From Camelus dromedarius (Eukaryota), in assembly GCF_036321535.1 (NCBI RefSeq), contig NC_087437.1, positions 121,336,001 to 121,400,000 on the forward strand: a DNA stretch of 64,000 bases. The letters run 5' to 3'. This document shows positions 1 to 12,221 of the stretch, piece by piece; the first letter of the stretch is position 1, and the number at the start of each line of letters is the position of its first letter. The position numbers were made by a program, and so were the translations under genes. The notes below the pieces were generated by a model. The model did not search any database. It worked only from the letters and a program-made list of their open reading frames with translations, and was not told where the DNA came from.

Positions 1-1289
1 GGGGAGCACCTGGTGTTCGTTGGGAGTGCAGACCCGCTGGTTCAAGCCCAACCCACTGGATCGGACCTTGGGGTGGGACCTGGGTGTCCACTACGGGTGG
101 CCAGGTCATCAGCGGGGGGACCAGCCCCTGGGGGGACCCTGAGCCGGCGCCACACTGGGGGCACACTAGAACGCCTCCCGTGTTGGGGGCAAGAGAGGAG
201 GACATCAGAGGCAGGAACCGAGCCCAAGATCGCCCAACGCTGAAGTGGACCCTGAGGACCGTTTCTCTGTCTTAAAAAACTTTTCTTTTGGCCTCTTGTC
301 ATTTCAAGACTCCTCCTCCTCTGCAGAGGGGACTGAATCATCTCACTGGCTCCCCAGTTCCCACTGAACCCCCAAAGGTGGGTGTTGCAGTGCCTGCCTG
401 GCCTGGGTCCCCTGCCGCCCTTGCAGGCATCCTGGCCGGGCTCGGGGCTCCTCCCCTGAGGTGCTCCCCTCCTCCTTCCCTCTCCCTCCCCTCTGGTTCT
501 GGGTCTCTCAGCCCAGAGGGACCTCTCCAGAAAGACCTCTCCCTCCTTCACCGGGAGCTTCTGCAGGCTGGGCCGGGGCAGTCTTCTATCTTCCTTCTCC
601 CACGTATGTTTTTTTTCTCAGAGAAATAGCAGCAGGTCTCAGCGTGAGGCCCAGGGATCAGCCTCGCCGCTGGCACACATGAGAGCAGAAGCAGGGCGGG
701 TGAGCAGTGGCAGGGCTCGGAAGAGCTGGGGCGGCGGTCCGGGCACCCGCTGGGCAGGGGGCTGCAAGGCCTCAGGCCAGTCCCTGGAAGGAGCCTTTTT
801 CTCTCTGTAGGGTGGGGGTGGGGGCTCACCTCTCGGGGTGCTGAGATGAAGTACAGGAAGTTTTCGGCTGAACCTGGAAGCATGAAGGCGGGGCCGGGTC
901 CAGGCCAAGTGCCTGGGGCACAGCCCAGCAAGGCTGCTGAACAAGGCAGGGCAGAGAGGCAGGAAGGGGAGGGCAGGGCACGCAGAGCCTGGCTGAGCTG
1001 GGGTCAGGCCAAGGTTGAGCTGTGAAGGGAACATTTGCCCTATTCTGGGTGTGACACCAGCCATGCAGGGAGTGCCCCACTGATGGTCATGAGGGTGGGA
1101 AGCCAGGCTTGGCTGACCAAGCGGAGACGGGAATCTGGCCATCCCTAGGCTGTGTACTGGGTGGGCACCAGGGAGACCTAACATTTTACACTTGAGCAAC
1201 AATCAAAATTTCTAGTTACAAAGGCTGCTCAACCCAGGGAGGGAAAAGAGGGGCTGGAGGGCCTGGACACTGCATTTCGGGGCATCTCT

Positions 1290-1392
1290 GGGCAACAGGA
1301 TCAAAGGGATTTTTCGCTTTTCAAAATAGGTTTCTGTCTTTTCCAAATTGTCTGTGAGAGCCGCGTATTAATTTTACAATCAGAGAAGGCTG
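1290..1392 (+). mobile_element. Ancient L1 (L1ME-like) 3' terminus
   Basis: tttctgtcttttccaaattgtc...gtattaattttacaatcagagaa resembles the L1ME tail. Confidence 0.4.
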
Positions 1393-1769
1393 TTAACTAT
1401 AAATGACACCACAAAACAAAAAAGACCCAACCCCTGGCAGCGGGCTCTCTACCTAGCTGGGGAGGGAAAGGAGCATGCCAGAAGTGGGGTGCGGGCCAGG
1501 GGGCGGCCCTGGAGGGCGACGGGCCAGGGCCGCCGTGGGGGCGGTTGCAAGGGCCCCGCCAAGCCCCGACCCCACAGAATAAAGCCGAAATCGCCTCGGG
1601 GTAACCTCCTCCCCAAGCCTCTTCCTCCCGTCCCTCTCTCACTGCTTCCTTCCAGTCAAACCAGGCGACCGCGTTTAGGGTGCATGATTTTACTCCAAGG
1701 TTTCCCAGTGCAGGAACTCCACACCCTGAGCAGTTTGCAGCAGGCCTTCCTGTCCTATTGCTTAGCGCG

Positions 1770-3620
1770 GACGGGCAGGACCCGCCAAAACGGCGGCGGT
1801 GCGGGCAGAGGTGCACAGGTTGGGCACCACCACTCTGACCCAGAGCCAAGAGGGAGGCGCGCGAGCCCGGTTCCCAGAAATTCGTCCCATTCTGGAGATG
1901 CTCGGACGACAAACGGCCTCGCAGAAACCCAAACCGATCATTTTTAGTCCCAACGTCCCTGAACCAAAACTAACCACTGCAGGTTATGGGGACAGAGGTG
2001 CCCAGGAGCACAGCGCCTCACGTCCCCTCCGCCGGGCCTGAGGATGCCAGGACCGAGTCCTTCCCTTCCCGCGTACGACCGAGAGGCAGCTGCTCCCGGT
2101 GCCAACGCGTCCACGCGGCGCTGGCGACCCTCTTCCCCTGACCCGCAGCCGCTCACCCGCTCCGCCCGCCGGGTCTCCCAGAAGCGGTCACGGGGTGGCC
2201 TGCGCGCCCCTTCCCTCACCAGACCTGGAGGCGGGCGGCGGGACTTTGCGCAGGCCTCAGTCTCCCAATCTGTAGCCGGTGGACGGAGTCCACTCCGCGG
2301 TGAGGCTGGGCCAGGTCTCAGCCGCACGCCGCTGAGTGTGGTGCCTCCTTCCCGGAGCCGCTTCCTCAGGGGCGCTCGCGAGGCGCCCGAAGATGCGCGG
2401 AGGGAGGGGAGCCGCCTTCCCTCTGCACCGCCCGGGGGCAGCGACGCGGGGCGGGAAGGTCTGCGGTCACACTCGAAATTCCTTTGCCCCAGCCAGGCTC
2501 AGACATCCCAAGGGCCGAGCGCCCAGCCTGACACCCTGCCCTGAGCCGCAGACTCTGCCGCGTTTGCTCCCTCGGGCTGGGAGCCACTGGAACCTAAGCA
2601 CGGCTGCCTGCAGGCGCTTCCTGGTGTTTTCCCAGTCAGTCCTCAAAGAACCCCCACGGCAACCCCAGGGCAGAGCTGGAGAAAGCGAGGTTCAGAAGTT
2701 CCTACATTGCACCTCCCAGCCCGGCCGTCTCCCTGGGTGCCTGACCAGATCTCCACTCCCGGGGAAAGGCCTGGCGTTCCCGAGACCCGGACTCGGGTCA
2801 GGCAGGGCCCGAGGGAGGAGGAGTGTGGCCGGGCGAGGACGCATCTGGGCGTCGAGGAGGGCCTGGGAAGGCTTGCCCGGAGTCTGGTTCACCAGGCCGG
2901 GCGCTGCACGCGGGAGGCTGGAGCAGCCTCCGCGACCACCCCAGGGAGGAAGTCCCGACACAGGGCACATCCAGAGGTGTGGGGTGAGGGCGCTGGCCCA
3001 GGGCTGGGATGCAGCGGGCTGTGGAGCTCCACGGCCCAGCGCGGCCGCGCCCCGCGGGTGTTCCCGGCGCGAGAAGCCGCTGCACTGGGAGGAGCAGGGG
3101 GTCGAGCCAGGCATCAGCAGCCCTGCTCGCGGGACGCAGTCGGCTCTAACGCTCAGCCTGGTGGGGTCTGGGACACTGGAGAGCAGTGCTGGCGCTTCGT
3201 AGGGAAGTCCTTGCGGAGATCCTCAAGGACCCGGCGGACAGTGATGAGTGGCTGGGATGTGCGCCCCGAGGTTCTCCTGGAAGCCATCCTTCCGCGGCTG
3301 CCTAGGACCCCGCGACCCACGCGGAGGTCTTCATATGGCTCCTGCGTGGTCCACACCCCTTGGAGGCTGAAGGGGCTCGGAGTCCAGGGGCAGCGCCGGC
3401 GCTGGGAGTCCCCCCATCCCCGCACCCCTGCCTGCGGGCCCGCTGTGCCCCAGCTCCTCCGAGAAACCCAGGCGGGCCGCGGGCTCCCTCAGGCGACAGA
3501 AGGGTCAACTCGCACCGCCCCCGCCGGGCACGTGGCAGGGTCCAGGGAACACCAAGGCCTTGCGGTCCCGCAGGGAGGCCAACTGACTGCACAAGGGACA
3601 GAAGAGATGCGCTGAGCCCT
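1770..3620. promoter_or_regulatory. Second CpG-rich island with no recognisable coding exon
   Basis: Abundant CpG dinucleotides, densest around 2020-2600; overlapping ORFs are low-complexity R/G/P/A sequences. Confidence 0.6.
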
Positions 3621-5697
3621 GGGAAGGGCAGAGCCGCTGAGGGAGGGGGGCCTCCTGTGGAGGCCTAAGCCAGGGGTAGCCTTTCCCGGGAAGAACGGGG
3701 CTGTGGCTCCTGTGCAGCGGGTGGGGTGGGGGTGCTGTGAGCAGAAGGGACATCATTCTGGTCGAGGGTGGAGGGAGAGGGCAAGGGACTCCAGTGAGGA
3801 GGCCAGGGCAGGAGCCCCCTGAGGGTGGAACTTGGGAGCATTGATAAGGGGGCTGTTGGGTTAGATGTGGCAGGGCAGGGGGAGCCAGCCAAGATGACAC
3901 CACAGCTTCAGGCTTGAGCAGCTGTGCCAGTGCCCCAGGGGGTGTCTTCTGGAGAGGAGTATCTTGCTGGGGCAGTAGGGACAGATTGGGGCAGGAACTA
4001 AGAACTCCAACTTGAAGATTTCCACTACAATTTCGGATGGAGACCCAGAGCGAGATCCGGGTTTCCGATGAAAACGCCAGATTGCAGCATGGTCACCAAG
4101 GGGGGTGAGAGAGAAGGGGCCCCAGGATTTAAAAAGTCTTGTAACATCCATTTTGCAGCAGCTGGACATTCTTTTCCTTTTATTGAGAAAATATGGGCTG
4201 CATGGAAGAGGCAAAAAGCAAAGCCTGAAATGGAGGCTGCCCTGCAGGCCTCTGGAGCCCACCACATGCTGACATCACTTAGGGGTCAGGCGAGGCAGCA
4301 GTTCCCCAGGGCCAGGGAAAGCTGGGGGTCTCCCTGCTGCAGACGGCTCAGGAAATGAGGCTGGTTGGATGCAGAGGATACAAGTGTGTTGAGGATCACT
4401 TCAGTGATGCCGACACCTTTAGAACAGAGCTGCTTCTGGAAAGTTCCCTAGTGTCTCTGCACCCTGGACGCCAGCTGAGTTAGCTCTGTGCCTGCGCACA
4501 CCCTGCCGTGACATTCACCCGGCAGTCACTGCCTCTGCATTCTCCGGAGGTCTCCGCACAGCTGTGGAATCAGAGAGCATCTCATGACCCCCACTTAGAG
4601 AAGTTGTAGGTGCCACCAGCGGGGGGGGGGGAGGGGGCATGACTGGGTGGTGGGCTCAGCCCTCCCCACACTCCAGAAAGTCTCCCCAGAAGTTCTGCTA
4701 GTCTTGCCCATGTCTGGGCAAGAAGTTCTAACTGAAGGAAGTGCACTTTCTTGTCGACCATCCTGGTGGCAGGCGCTGCTCCGACACCCACCTGGCCCCT
4801 GATAGGCGGTGACAGTCCGGCCACTCAGACACAGTGGGGGTGCCACGTCTGAGAACTGGCTTCCAGGGTTTCTCCCAGGGGCATTTCCTTCTGTCTCCTG
4901 CCTGGATCTGTGCCGTGAAGTCATCCCTGTAAGTTCTGGCTTGAGGTCTCTGAGGAGATTTTGTCGTCTACAAATGACCTCATAGGCAGTTGGACATTCT
5001 GGAACTGAACAGGTCGGCTGTGCCCAGCTGAGCCAGAGGCCACCTGGGACAGACCTGTAATCAGCTCAAGAAGGAAGCTGCCAAGGGGACACCAGCCAGC
5101 AGGGTGCCGCGGGCATCCTGGGGGGAGCCAGAGGGGCTCCCTGCCAGATTGCAGCTGGGGTTAGGTGTTGGGACAGTCTGAAGAAGTGAGGGTGCTTTCA
5201 ATTGCCAGGAAGCAGGGATGTTTTTATGTCCTTGTGTCTTGATAACTCGTATCTAAGAGGCAGAGTGCAGAGGTGAGGCTGCAGCTGCCTTTGGCCAAGA
5301 AGCAGTGGACAACCATGGCTGCTGCATGGGGGATGCTGCCGGTTTCCGGGGCTGCCCTGCCCCAGCCTGGGCTGCACGGGTAATATTCAGTAGGGTTGCA
5401 CAGCTTCCTCACTGGGGCCGGGCCCTGCCTGCCTCCCTACAGTTTTTGACATCTAGACAAATGCTGGAAGGGAATGTAGGCAAATTCATTAGCTTGAGGA
5501 GCGAGGGGGTGAACCCCAAGCTATGTTACCATGTGAATAAATGAGTTTCAGCGCAATGTGTGACACTGAATGGTCACAATCAAGTGGATCAATGAAAAGA
5601 AGGATCAGTGAAAAATGTATTTTCATACATAAAACTGTTCTGCATGGAAAAGGCACCGGGGGCGGGGGAGAGAGAAAGACTGGCTTTTTGCCATGCC

Positions 5698-6140
5698 TTT
5701 CTTTTTTTCTTTCTTTTTTAAATTGAGGCATAGTCAGTTTACAATGTGTCAATTTCTGGTGTACAGCATCATGTTTCAGACATACACATATACACACGTA
5801 TATTCCTTTTCATATTCTTTTTCATTATAGGTTACAAGATATTGAATATAGTCCTCTGTGCCATACAGTAGGACCTTGTTTATCTATTTTATATATAGTA
5901 GTTTGTATCTGCAAATCCTGAACTCCCAATTTATCCCTTCCAACTCCCTTTCCCCGGGGTAACCGTGTTTGTTTTCTGTGTCTGTGAGTCTGTTTTTGTT
6001 TTGTAAAGAAGTTCATTTGTGTCACTGTTTAAAAAATTCCAGGATATGAGTGATATCATATGGTATTTTTCTTACTCTTTCTGGCTACTTCACTTAGAAT
6101 GACATTCTCCAGGTCCATCCATGTTGCTGCAAATGGCAAT
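5698..6140 (-). mobile_element. 5'-truncated lineage-specific LINE-1 3' end
   Basis: T-rich tail then L1 3'UTR; ends in cttcacttagaatgacattctccaggtccatccatgttgctgcaaatggca, shared with copies at ~53.2, 57.2 and 60.6 kb. Confidence 0.9.
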
Positions 6141-6151
6141 TTCCCCCTGCA

Positions 6152-7270
6152 TTTTAAAAATAGACTTTATTGTTTAGAGCAGTTTCTGGTTTACTGAACA
6201 ATTAAGTGTGAAGTAGAGAGAGTTCCCACATCCCCCTGCCCCCCCCCATGCACAGCCCTCATCATCAATATCCCCCACCAGGTGGTACATTTGTTATAAT
6301 CAATGACCCTGCATTGCCACATTGTAATAACCCAGAGACTGTAGTTGGTGTTGTATGTTCTATGGGTTTAGACAAATTTATAATGATGTGTATCCACCAC
6401 AATGGAATCATTCAGAATAGTTTGCCCTAAAAATACTCCGTGCTCCACCTATATATCCCTCCCTAACCCCTGGCAACCACTGATCTTTTTACTGTCTTCA
6501 TAGTTTTGCATTTTCTAGAATGTCATATAGTTGGAATCATACAGAATGGACCCTTCTCAGATTGACTTCTTTTACTTAGTACACACACTTAAGGCTCTTC
6601 CATGTCTTTTCATGGTGTGATAGCTCATTTCTTTTTACTTCTGAGTAATAGTCCATTGTCTGGATGGACCACAGTCTATTTTTTCATTCACTTATTGAAG
6701 GACATCTTAGTTTCTTACAAATTCGGGCAATTAGGAATAAAGCTCCTATAGGCATCCCTGTTCAGACCTTTGTGTGGACATGTTTTCAACTCTCTTGAGT
6801 AAGCATTAGGAATGTGATTGCTGGATTGTATGGCAAGAGTATGTTTCATTTTATTAGAAACCACCAAACCATCTTCCAGTGTGGCTGTACTGTTTTCCAT
6901 TCCACCAGCAATGAATGAGAGTTCCCATTGCTCCATATCTTTGTCAGCATTTGGTGATGTCAGTGTCTGGATTTTGGCCATTCTAAATAGGTGTAGAGTG
7001 GTAACTCATTGTTTGAATTTTCATTTCCCTGATGACATCTGATGTGCAGCATCTTTTCATATACTTATTTGCCATCTATATCTCTTCTTTGGTGAGGTGT
7101 CTGGACCATTTTTAATAGGGTTGTTTGTTTTCTTATTGTTTTGTTGTTTGTATGTCTTGGATAGCAGTCCTTTATCAGATATTTCTCATGCAAATATTTT
7201 CTTTCAGCCCGTGGCTTGTCTTTTCATTCTCTTGTCATTGTCTTTTGTAGAGCAGAAAACTTCAATTTGG
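6152..7270 (-). mobile_element. Old LINE-1 (L1MC-like) 3' end with degraded ORF2 C-terminus
   Basis: tagactttattgtttagagcagtt 3' end; minus-strand ORF 6715-6981 (MAKIQ...DKDMEQWELSFIAGG) resembles the L1 ORF2 C-terminus. Confidence 0.85.
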
Positions 7271-7499
7271 TGGTGCCTACGATGTCACATCTTAAAAGTC
7301 ACTACCAAACCCTCATACAGTGCAGGCCTCCAGCCCTCAGTCCTCTGATTCGTTTCCTCCCCCAGGGCATTTCTGACAGGCACAAGCAAACACATTCATG
7401 TATTTCAACATGCTTGGTCCTCTCCAGCGCTGTATTTATCATTCCCCGGATCTCAAAGAGGTTGCATTGATTCCAGCGGTTAGCCACACCTGCCCCAGG

Positions 7500-8170
7500 A
7501 GGTGGGGCGAGGCCAGGAGAACGGCCCCGCCCCTGCGGCCACGCCCCCTCGCCTCCCTTGCGCCTGCGCGGCCGGCGCGGACAGGCGCGCGGCTCCTCGC
7601 CGTGGTGGCTCCTGTTTCCGCCGGGCCGCGGGAGCGTAGGACCAGCTTCCGGCAGGCTGCGCCGCGTGTGCCCCCCGGTTTCCGGTCCGCTGTGGGTCTC
7701 AGCTGAGAACATGGGCAAAGTGAGGAGTCTGCGGGCCCGGGTGCACCAGGCTGCCGTGAGGCTCACGAGGGAGGCCGCGCCCGGCCCCGCGCCCCCGGCC
7801 CGGGAGGCGGCCCCTCCGCAGGCTTCGGCTGGCGGGGTCGGAGGGAAGGTAAACGGGACACCGCGGGCGGTGGGACTGGGGCGGGGGTGCGGGCCGGGGT
7901 GGGGGCTCCGCGCCGTGCGGCCTCGGGGGTCCCGGGCCTGCTCGGGCCCCGCGTGCTCTGTGGGCGCCCCCGCGCCCACCCCCGGGTCCCCGCGACCCCG
8001 GGACCGCCCTCGGGCCTTCTCGGTCCGCGAGGTGTCCCGGCCTCCGTGGACCCCGAGCGAGGCTCGGCTCGCGTGCGCGGCGGCCCAGGAGGGGCTGGCT
8101 TGCTCCGCGTCTGGAGCTGTGCGAGGGAGAGCCAGAAACCTCTCGCCACCGCGTGTAGAAACGCTGCGCG
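7500..8170 (+). promoter_or_regulatory. SLX9: SLX9 CpG-island promoter, TATA-less
   Basis: Very CpG-dense; GC box GGCCCCGCCCC 7523-7533, KLF/SP site GCCACGCCCC 7538-7547, NRF1-like TGCGCCTGCGCG 7559-7570, ETS/GABP-like CTTCCGG 7646-7652 and TTTCCGG 7679-7685 just upstream of the ATG. Confidence 0.85.
7711..7848 (+). CDS. SLX9: SLX9/FAM207A coding exon 1 (MGKVRSLRARVHQAAVR...GGVGGK, 46 codons)
   Basis: ATG at 7711 in good context (AACATGG) inside a CpG island; peptide matches the recalled FAM207A N-terminus MGKVRxLRARVHQAAVR; donor AAG|GTAAAC, phase 0. Confidence 0.95.
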
Positions 8171-8262
8171 AATGTGGTAAAAATTCCTTTATCTCGTAGC
8201 TGAGTTCCCAGGAAAGGAAAGGGGATTCCCAGGATTAACGAAAAAGTGAAGCAAACTAGGAA

Positions 8263-8391
8263 GGGGGAGGGTATAGCTCAGTGGTAGTGTGCATACCTAG
8301 CATGCACAAGGTGCTGGGTTCAATCCCCAGTACCTCCAAGGAAAAAAAAAGTAGATAACTAAACTTAATTACGCCCCCCCCTCCCCAAGCC
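8263..8391 (+). mobile_element. tRNA-derived SINE (camelid Vic-1-like), full length with target-site duplication
   Basis: GGGGAGGGTATAGCTCAGTGGTAG (A box)...GGGTTCAATCCC (B box), A-rich tail; flanked by GAAGCAAACTAGGA 8248-8261 and GAAGTAAACTAGGA 8392-8405 (13/14 identical). Confidence 0.92.
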
Positions 8392-8409
8392 GAAGTAAAC
8401 TAGGAGACC

Positions 8410-8720
8410 CAGTACCCTGTAGCAGTCAGCACCCATCCCAGCCCCGGTCTCCCCCCCCCCCCCCAGCTCTAAGAGACCACTAATCTTTCTGCCTCTGTTC
8501 TGTGCGTTTCATCTGGATGGAGTCATACAGGTTGTGGCCTTTGCCTTTGCGTTTGGTTCCTAGTCTTAGCCTAGGGTTTTGAACGTTCATCCAGGTTGTA
8601 TGATGTACCTTTTATGTGGAATAATGTTCCACGATGAGGTTAGAGCGCGTTTTGTTTATGCAGGTGCTGACTCTAGAGCTGCCTGGAAGCATTTACTGGT
8701 GTCCAACCGGGGTGCTAGCA
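8410..8720 (-). mobile_element. Degraded ancient L1 3' fragment
   Basis: accactaatctttct...atggagtcatacag...ttcatccaggttgta pattern typical of antisense L1M. Confidence 0.5.
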
Positions 8721-8851
8721 CGGCGGCAGCAGACAAGACCTTGTCGGTTTGTGGGGACCACGGCTTTGGGTCAGTAATGCTAAAGAGAACAGCCGTGTGC
8801 GTTAATCCCTTGCTGTGTGGCGGGCACTTTACATCTTTATAACTTCCCAAC

Positions 8852-8952
8852 CATCATTTTGCAGGGTGAAAAATAAGAGTTTAAATCAATTACTCAGGTT
8901 GCTCAGCTGCTGCTGGGGTAGCTGATGTTTGAATCCAGGGTCTGGCACCAGC
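8852..8952 (-). mobile_element. MIR SINE fragment
   Basis: attttgcagggtgaaaaa...ctcaggttgctcagct...tttgaatccagggtctgg. Confidence 0.6.
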
Positions 8953-8961
8953 CTTCGTAAA

Positions 8962-10045
8962 ATCTTTATTGAGATACAATTCATGTCATAAAATCTACTC
9001 ACTAAAGTGCACGATTCAATGGTTTTTTGTTTTGTTTCGTTTTGTTGTAGTGTGTTTACAGATTTATGCAGTCATCGCTATAAACTGGCACATTTTCATC
9101 ATCCCAGAAGGAACCCCCATACTCGTCCTCAGTCATTTTGGCATCCGTGAATCTGCTTTCTGTCTCTGTCTGTTTGCCCCTTGTGGGCAATTCGCGTAAG
9201 TGGAGTAAGCTCAGCACGTCTTTCTGTCTCAAGAGTTCTTCCACTGAGTTTCCGAGGTTCATCCTTGGAACATTATTTTTGTAGTTTCCGTTTCTCTGTT
9301 GTCCTTACTCTTTTTATGGCTGAAAAGTGCTCCATTGTATGGGTAAACCGGACCACATCACGTCTTGTTTATCCATTCATAAGCTGATGGATAGTTAGGC
9401 TGTCTCTGACTCTTGGCTGCCACAATAATACTGCTGTGTGTGAATCTACTGTTAATGCATGGAGCAGAATTGCTGGGATGTATGGCGCTCTGTACTTAAC
9501 TTTTGAGGAGTTGCCAAATTATTTTCTGCAATGGCCACATCATTTTACATTTCCACTGGCAATGTGAGGGCTGCATTTTCTCCACATCTTTGCCAACACC
9601 TGTTGTTGTCTGTCTTTTTGATTGTAGTCATCCTAGTGGATGTGAGGTGGCAGTTCACTGTTTTAATCTGCATTTCCCTAAAGGGCTAATGAACAATGTT
9701 GAATATTATTTTCACAGGCTTGTTGGCTATTTGTGTATCTTCTTTGGAGAAATGTCTATTCAAGTCCTTTGCCCCTTTTCTTTTCTTATTGTAATTTTTA
9801 AACTTTTTTTTTTTTTTGGCAGGGGGAGGGAGGTAATTAGGTTTATTTATTTATTTACATTTTGGAGGAGGTACTGGGGATTGAACCCAGGACCTTGTGC
9901 ATGCCAGGCATGTGCTCTATTGCAAATATTTTTTCAAATTCTGTGGGTTGTCTTTTTACTTTCTTGATATTGTCCTTGGAAATACAAAGTTTTTAATTTT
10001 GATGAGATCTAATTTTGTTTTCTCTTGTTGCTTGTGCTTTTGGTG
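8962..10045 (-). mobile_element. Old LINE-1 (L1MB-like) 3' end interrupted by a SINE
   Basis: tttattgagatacaattca 3' end; tatcttctttggagaaatgtctattcaagtcctttgccc core; L1 sequence resumes after 9919. Confidence 0.85.
9804..9919 (-). mobile_element. tRNA-derived SINE (Vic-1-like), lacking its 5' ~20 nt
   Basis: Poly-T, gaggtaattaggtttatttatt, ggaggtactggggattgaacccaggacc = reverse complement of the 8263 element. Confidence 0.9.
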
Positions 10046-10199
10046 GTTTGAAAAGTCAGGGTTTAGTTGAAATGCTTAAGGAAGTTTGAGCTGATTTTGG
10101 TCATGGAGAGAAGCTGTCAGTGGACGCCCGTTAGTGGTTGATGTAGGCGTTGTGATACACACCAGTGTCTACATCTGAATTCCAGTGACAGACTCTTCA

Positions 10200-11390
10200 C
10201 TGGTCTTTAACTCCTTTCCCTCTCATCTCCTCCTTGTGCTATTGTTGTTATGCAAGTTGCCTCTAAATATGTTACAAACTAACCTTAAGTTGTCATAATT
10301 ATTTTTTCATAACTTGTTGCATGTTTACCTGTTCCAGACCTCTTGTTTTGTTTTTTTTGTGAATTTGAATTACTACCTGGTATCATTTGCTTTCAGCCTA
10401 AAAGAACTTCATTGGTATTTCTTAAAAGGCAGGTCTGTAGCAGCAGATTCTCTCAGCTTTGGTTTATCTGGTACTGTCTTTATTGCTGGATGTAAGATTC
10501 TCGGTTGACATCAGTCTTCTCACACGCTGTCTGCGTAGTCCCACTGCCCTCTGGCCTCCGCTGTCTCTGACGAGAAGTCGGCTGTTAATCTTCACGGGGC
10601 TCCCTGTGTGCGATGCGTCGTCTTTGCTGCTTTCATGATTTTCTCTTTGCTTTTACACATTTTGACTGTGATGTGTCTTGATGTAGATCCCTTTGTGTTT
10701 ATTCTGTTTCGAGTTTGTTTATCCTGCTAGACGTTCATTGAGTTTGCATGTGTAGGTTAGTGTTTTCCATCACATTTGACAGGTGTTCGGCCATAACGTC
10801 CTTGAATGTGTTTCCTGCCTCTTTCTGTCCCTCCTCCTCCGGGTACTCGTGCGGTCTGTTGGCTAGTGTGCTGCGTGGTGCCCTCAGGCTTGGTTTGTTC
10901 CTCTGCCAGGCATTCTGTAAGGCGGTCCCCCTCTGTCCAAGGCTCTGTGCTTTCCCCTTGTCTTCCGGGGGTGCAGTTTCTATTCACCTTTCTTCAGATG
11001 CACTGGTTCTTTCCTCTGCCAGCTCAGACCTACTTTTGAGTCTCTCTAGTGACATTTTTCATTGTGATTACTGCACTTTTTACTCCAGAACTTTATTTCA
11101 CTTTTAAGTAACTCTGTCCTGTTGCAGATGTTCTGTCTAATGAGACGCTGTCCTCGTCCTTTCCTGTTGTTGTTCAGGCACTGTCTCCTGGGGCCGCGTT
11201 TACAGTGGCTGCTGTGGAACTGCTGCCAAGTCCAGTATGTCCCCCTGCCCGAAGCAGCTCCTGGCGCCCACTCTTGTTTTCTGTTTCTTGGCGAGGGTCC
11301 TACTTTGTTGTTGAAAGACCTTCAGACACTGTAGCATCAGCACCTTTTCTGTTAAGTGGAGAATGTCCAGGTGACAGTGGAGGTGGCTGT
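10200..11390 (-). mobile_element. Ancient L1 ORF1-region relic
   Basis: ctggatgtaagattctcggttgac...gagaagtcggctgttaatctt...tttgactgtgatgtgtctt; similar to 57.7-58.6 kb. Confidence 0.7.
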
Positions 11391-12112
11391 GCACTCACAG
11401 ATCTGTGTGACCACGTCCACGCGGCCCCTTATCTCCCGTGGCTCCTCCTTGCCGGGGCCTTGGCTCAGGTGGCCTGCTCTGCCCCTCCCTGGCTGCCACC
11501 CTGGCTCCTGCCTGGCTCGCGCTCTGCTTCTGTGTCAGATCTCTGGTGTCTTGTTCACTGACTGCCTCTCCCCATCCTGAGGGCTCCGCTCCAGCCGGGG
11601 CTTCTCCATTAGGCACTCGGGGCTGCAGGCCAGCCTGGCTCCTGCTCGGCCGCACCCCAGCCCTGTCTCTGTCCGTGACTCCCCTTCTGGGGCCCCTGTC
11701 CTGGAGCTTGGACCTGAATGAGCCAGCCGGGCCTCAGGCAGGTTTTGGGTGATCACGGTGTGGCGGGCAGGGGGACGTGGAGGGTTCTGAAATCTTGGCG
11801 CGGGGGTGAGTGCGGGTAGGAAACAGGCCTGGAGAGAGATTGCTGAGATGGAACACGGGTTGTGCGGTGGGAGGAGGAGAAAGAAGACGTAGGGCAGGAG
11901 GGAGAGCTGGTCCCTCCCACAAGAGCTCCTGATATTGAGGCTGGCTTAGGATCATTCCTGATCCTGATCTGGGCTCAGGTCGAACCCTCAGCGGGGCCCG
12001 CGTGGTGAGCAGCCTGAGGGCGCTGCGGTCTGAGCTCCTCTCCGGGTCCCGCCCTCACTGGGGGGTCTCTGAAGCCACGGAGCGAGCCTCAGTTTCTCTC
12101 TGTCCTCCCCAG

Positions 12113-12221
12113 GAGTGGGCTTTCCCGAGCGCCGGTGTCTTCGCTGGGACCACGATAGACCCCGGTGCCCTGGTGCAGAAGCTGGACGAGGACGTGAGGA
12201 GCAGGGCCTCCACCAGGAGAG
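12113..12221 (+). CDS. SLX9: SLX9 coding exon 2 (EWAFPSAGVFAGTTIDPGALVQKLDEDVRSRASTRR)
   Basis: Polypyrimidine acceptor tttctctctgtcctccccag; donor GAG|GTGAGC; 109 nt, phase 0 to 1; resembles recalled human DWAF...IDPSALVQKL. Confidence 0.93.

Noticed and set aside
2336..3615. Long overlapping ORFs of 288-302 aa (likewise 17265-18170, 33466-34362, 37618-38391, 51694-52521)
   Set aside because: R/G/P/A/S-rich, mostly non-ATG starts, open in several frames on both strands; expected from stop-codon scarcity at high GC
8265..8337. tRNA gene (tRNA-Ala-like head with A and B boxes)
   Set aside because: Has a SINE tail, target-site duplication and two more dispersed copies in the window; acceptor stem pairs poorly
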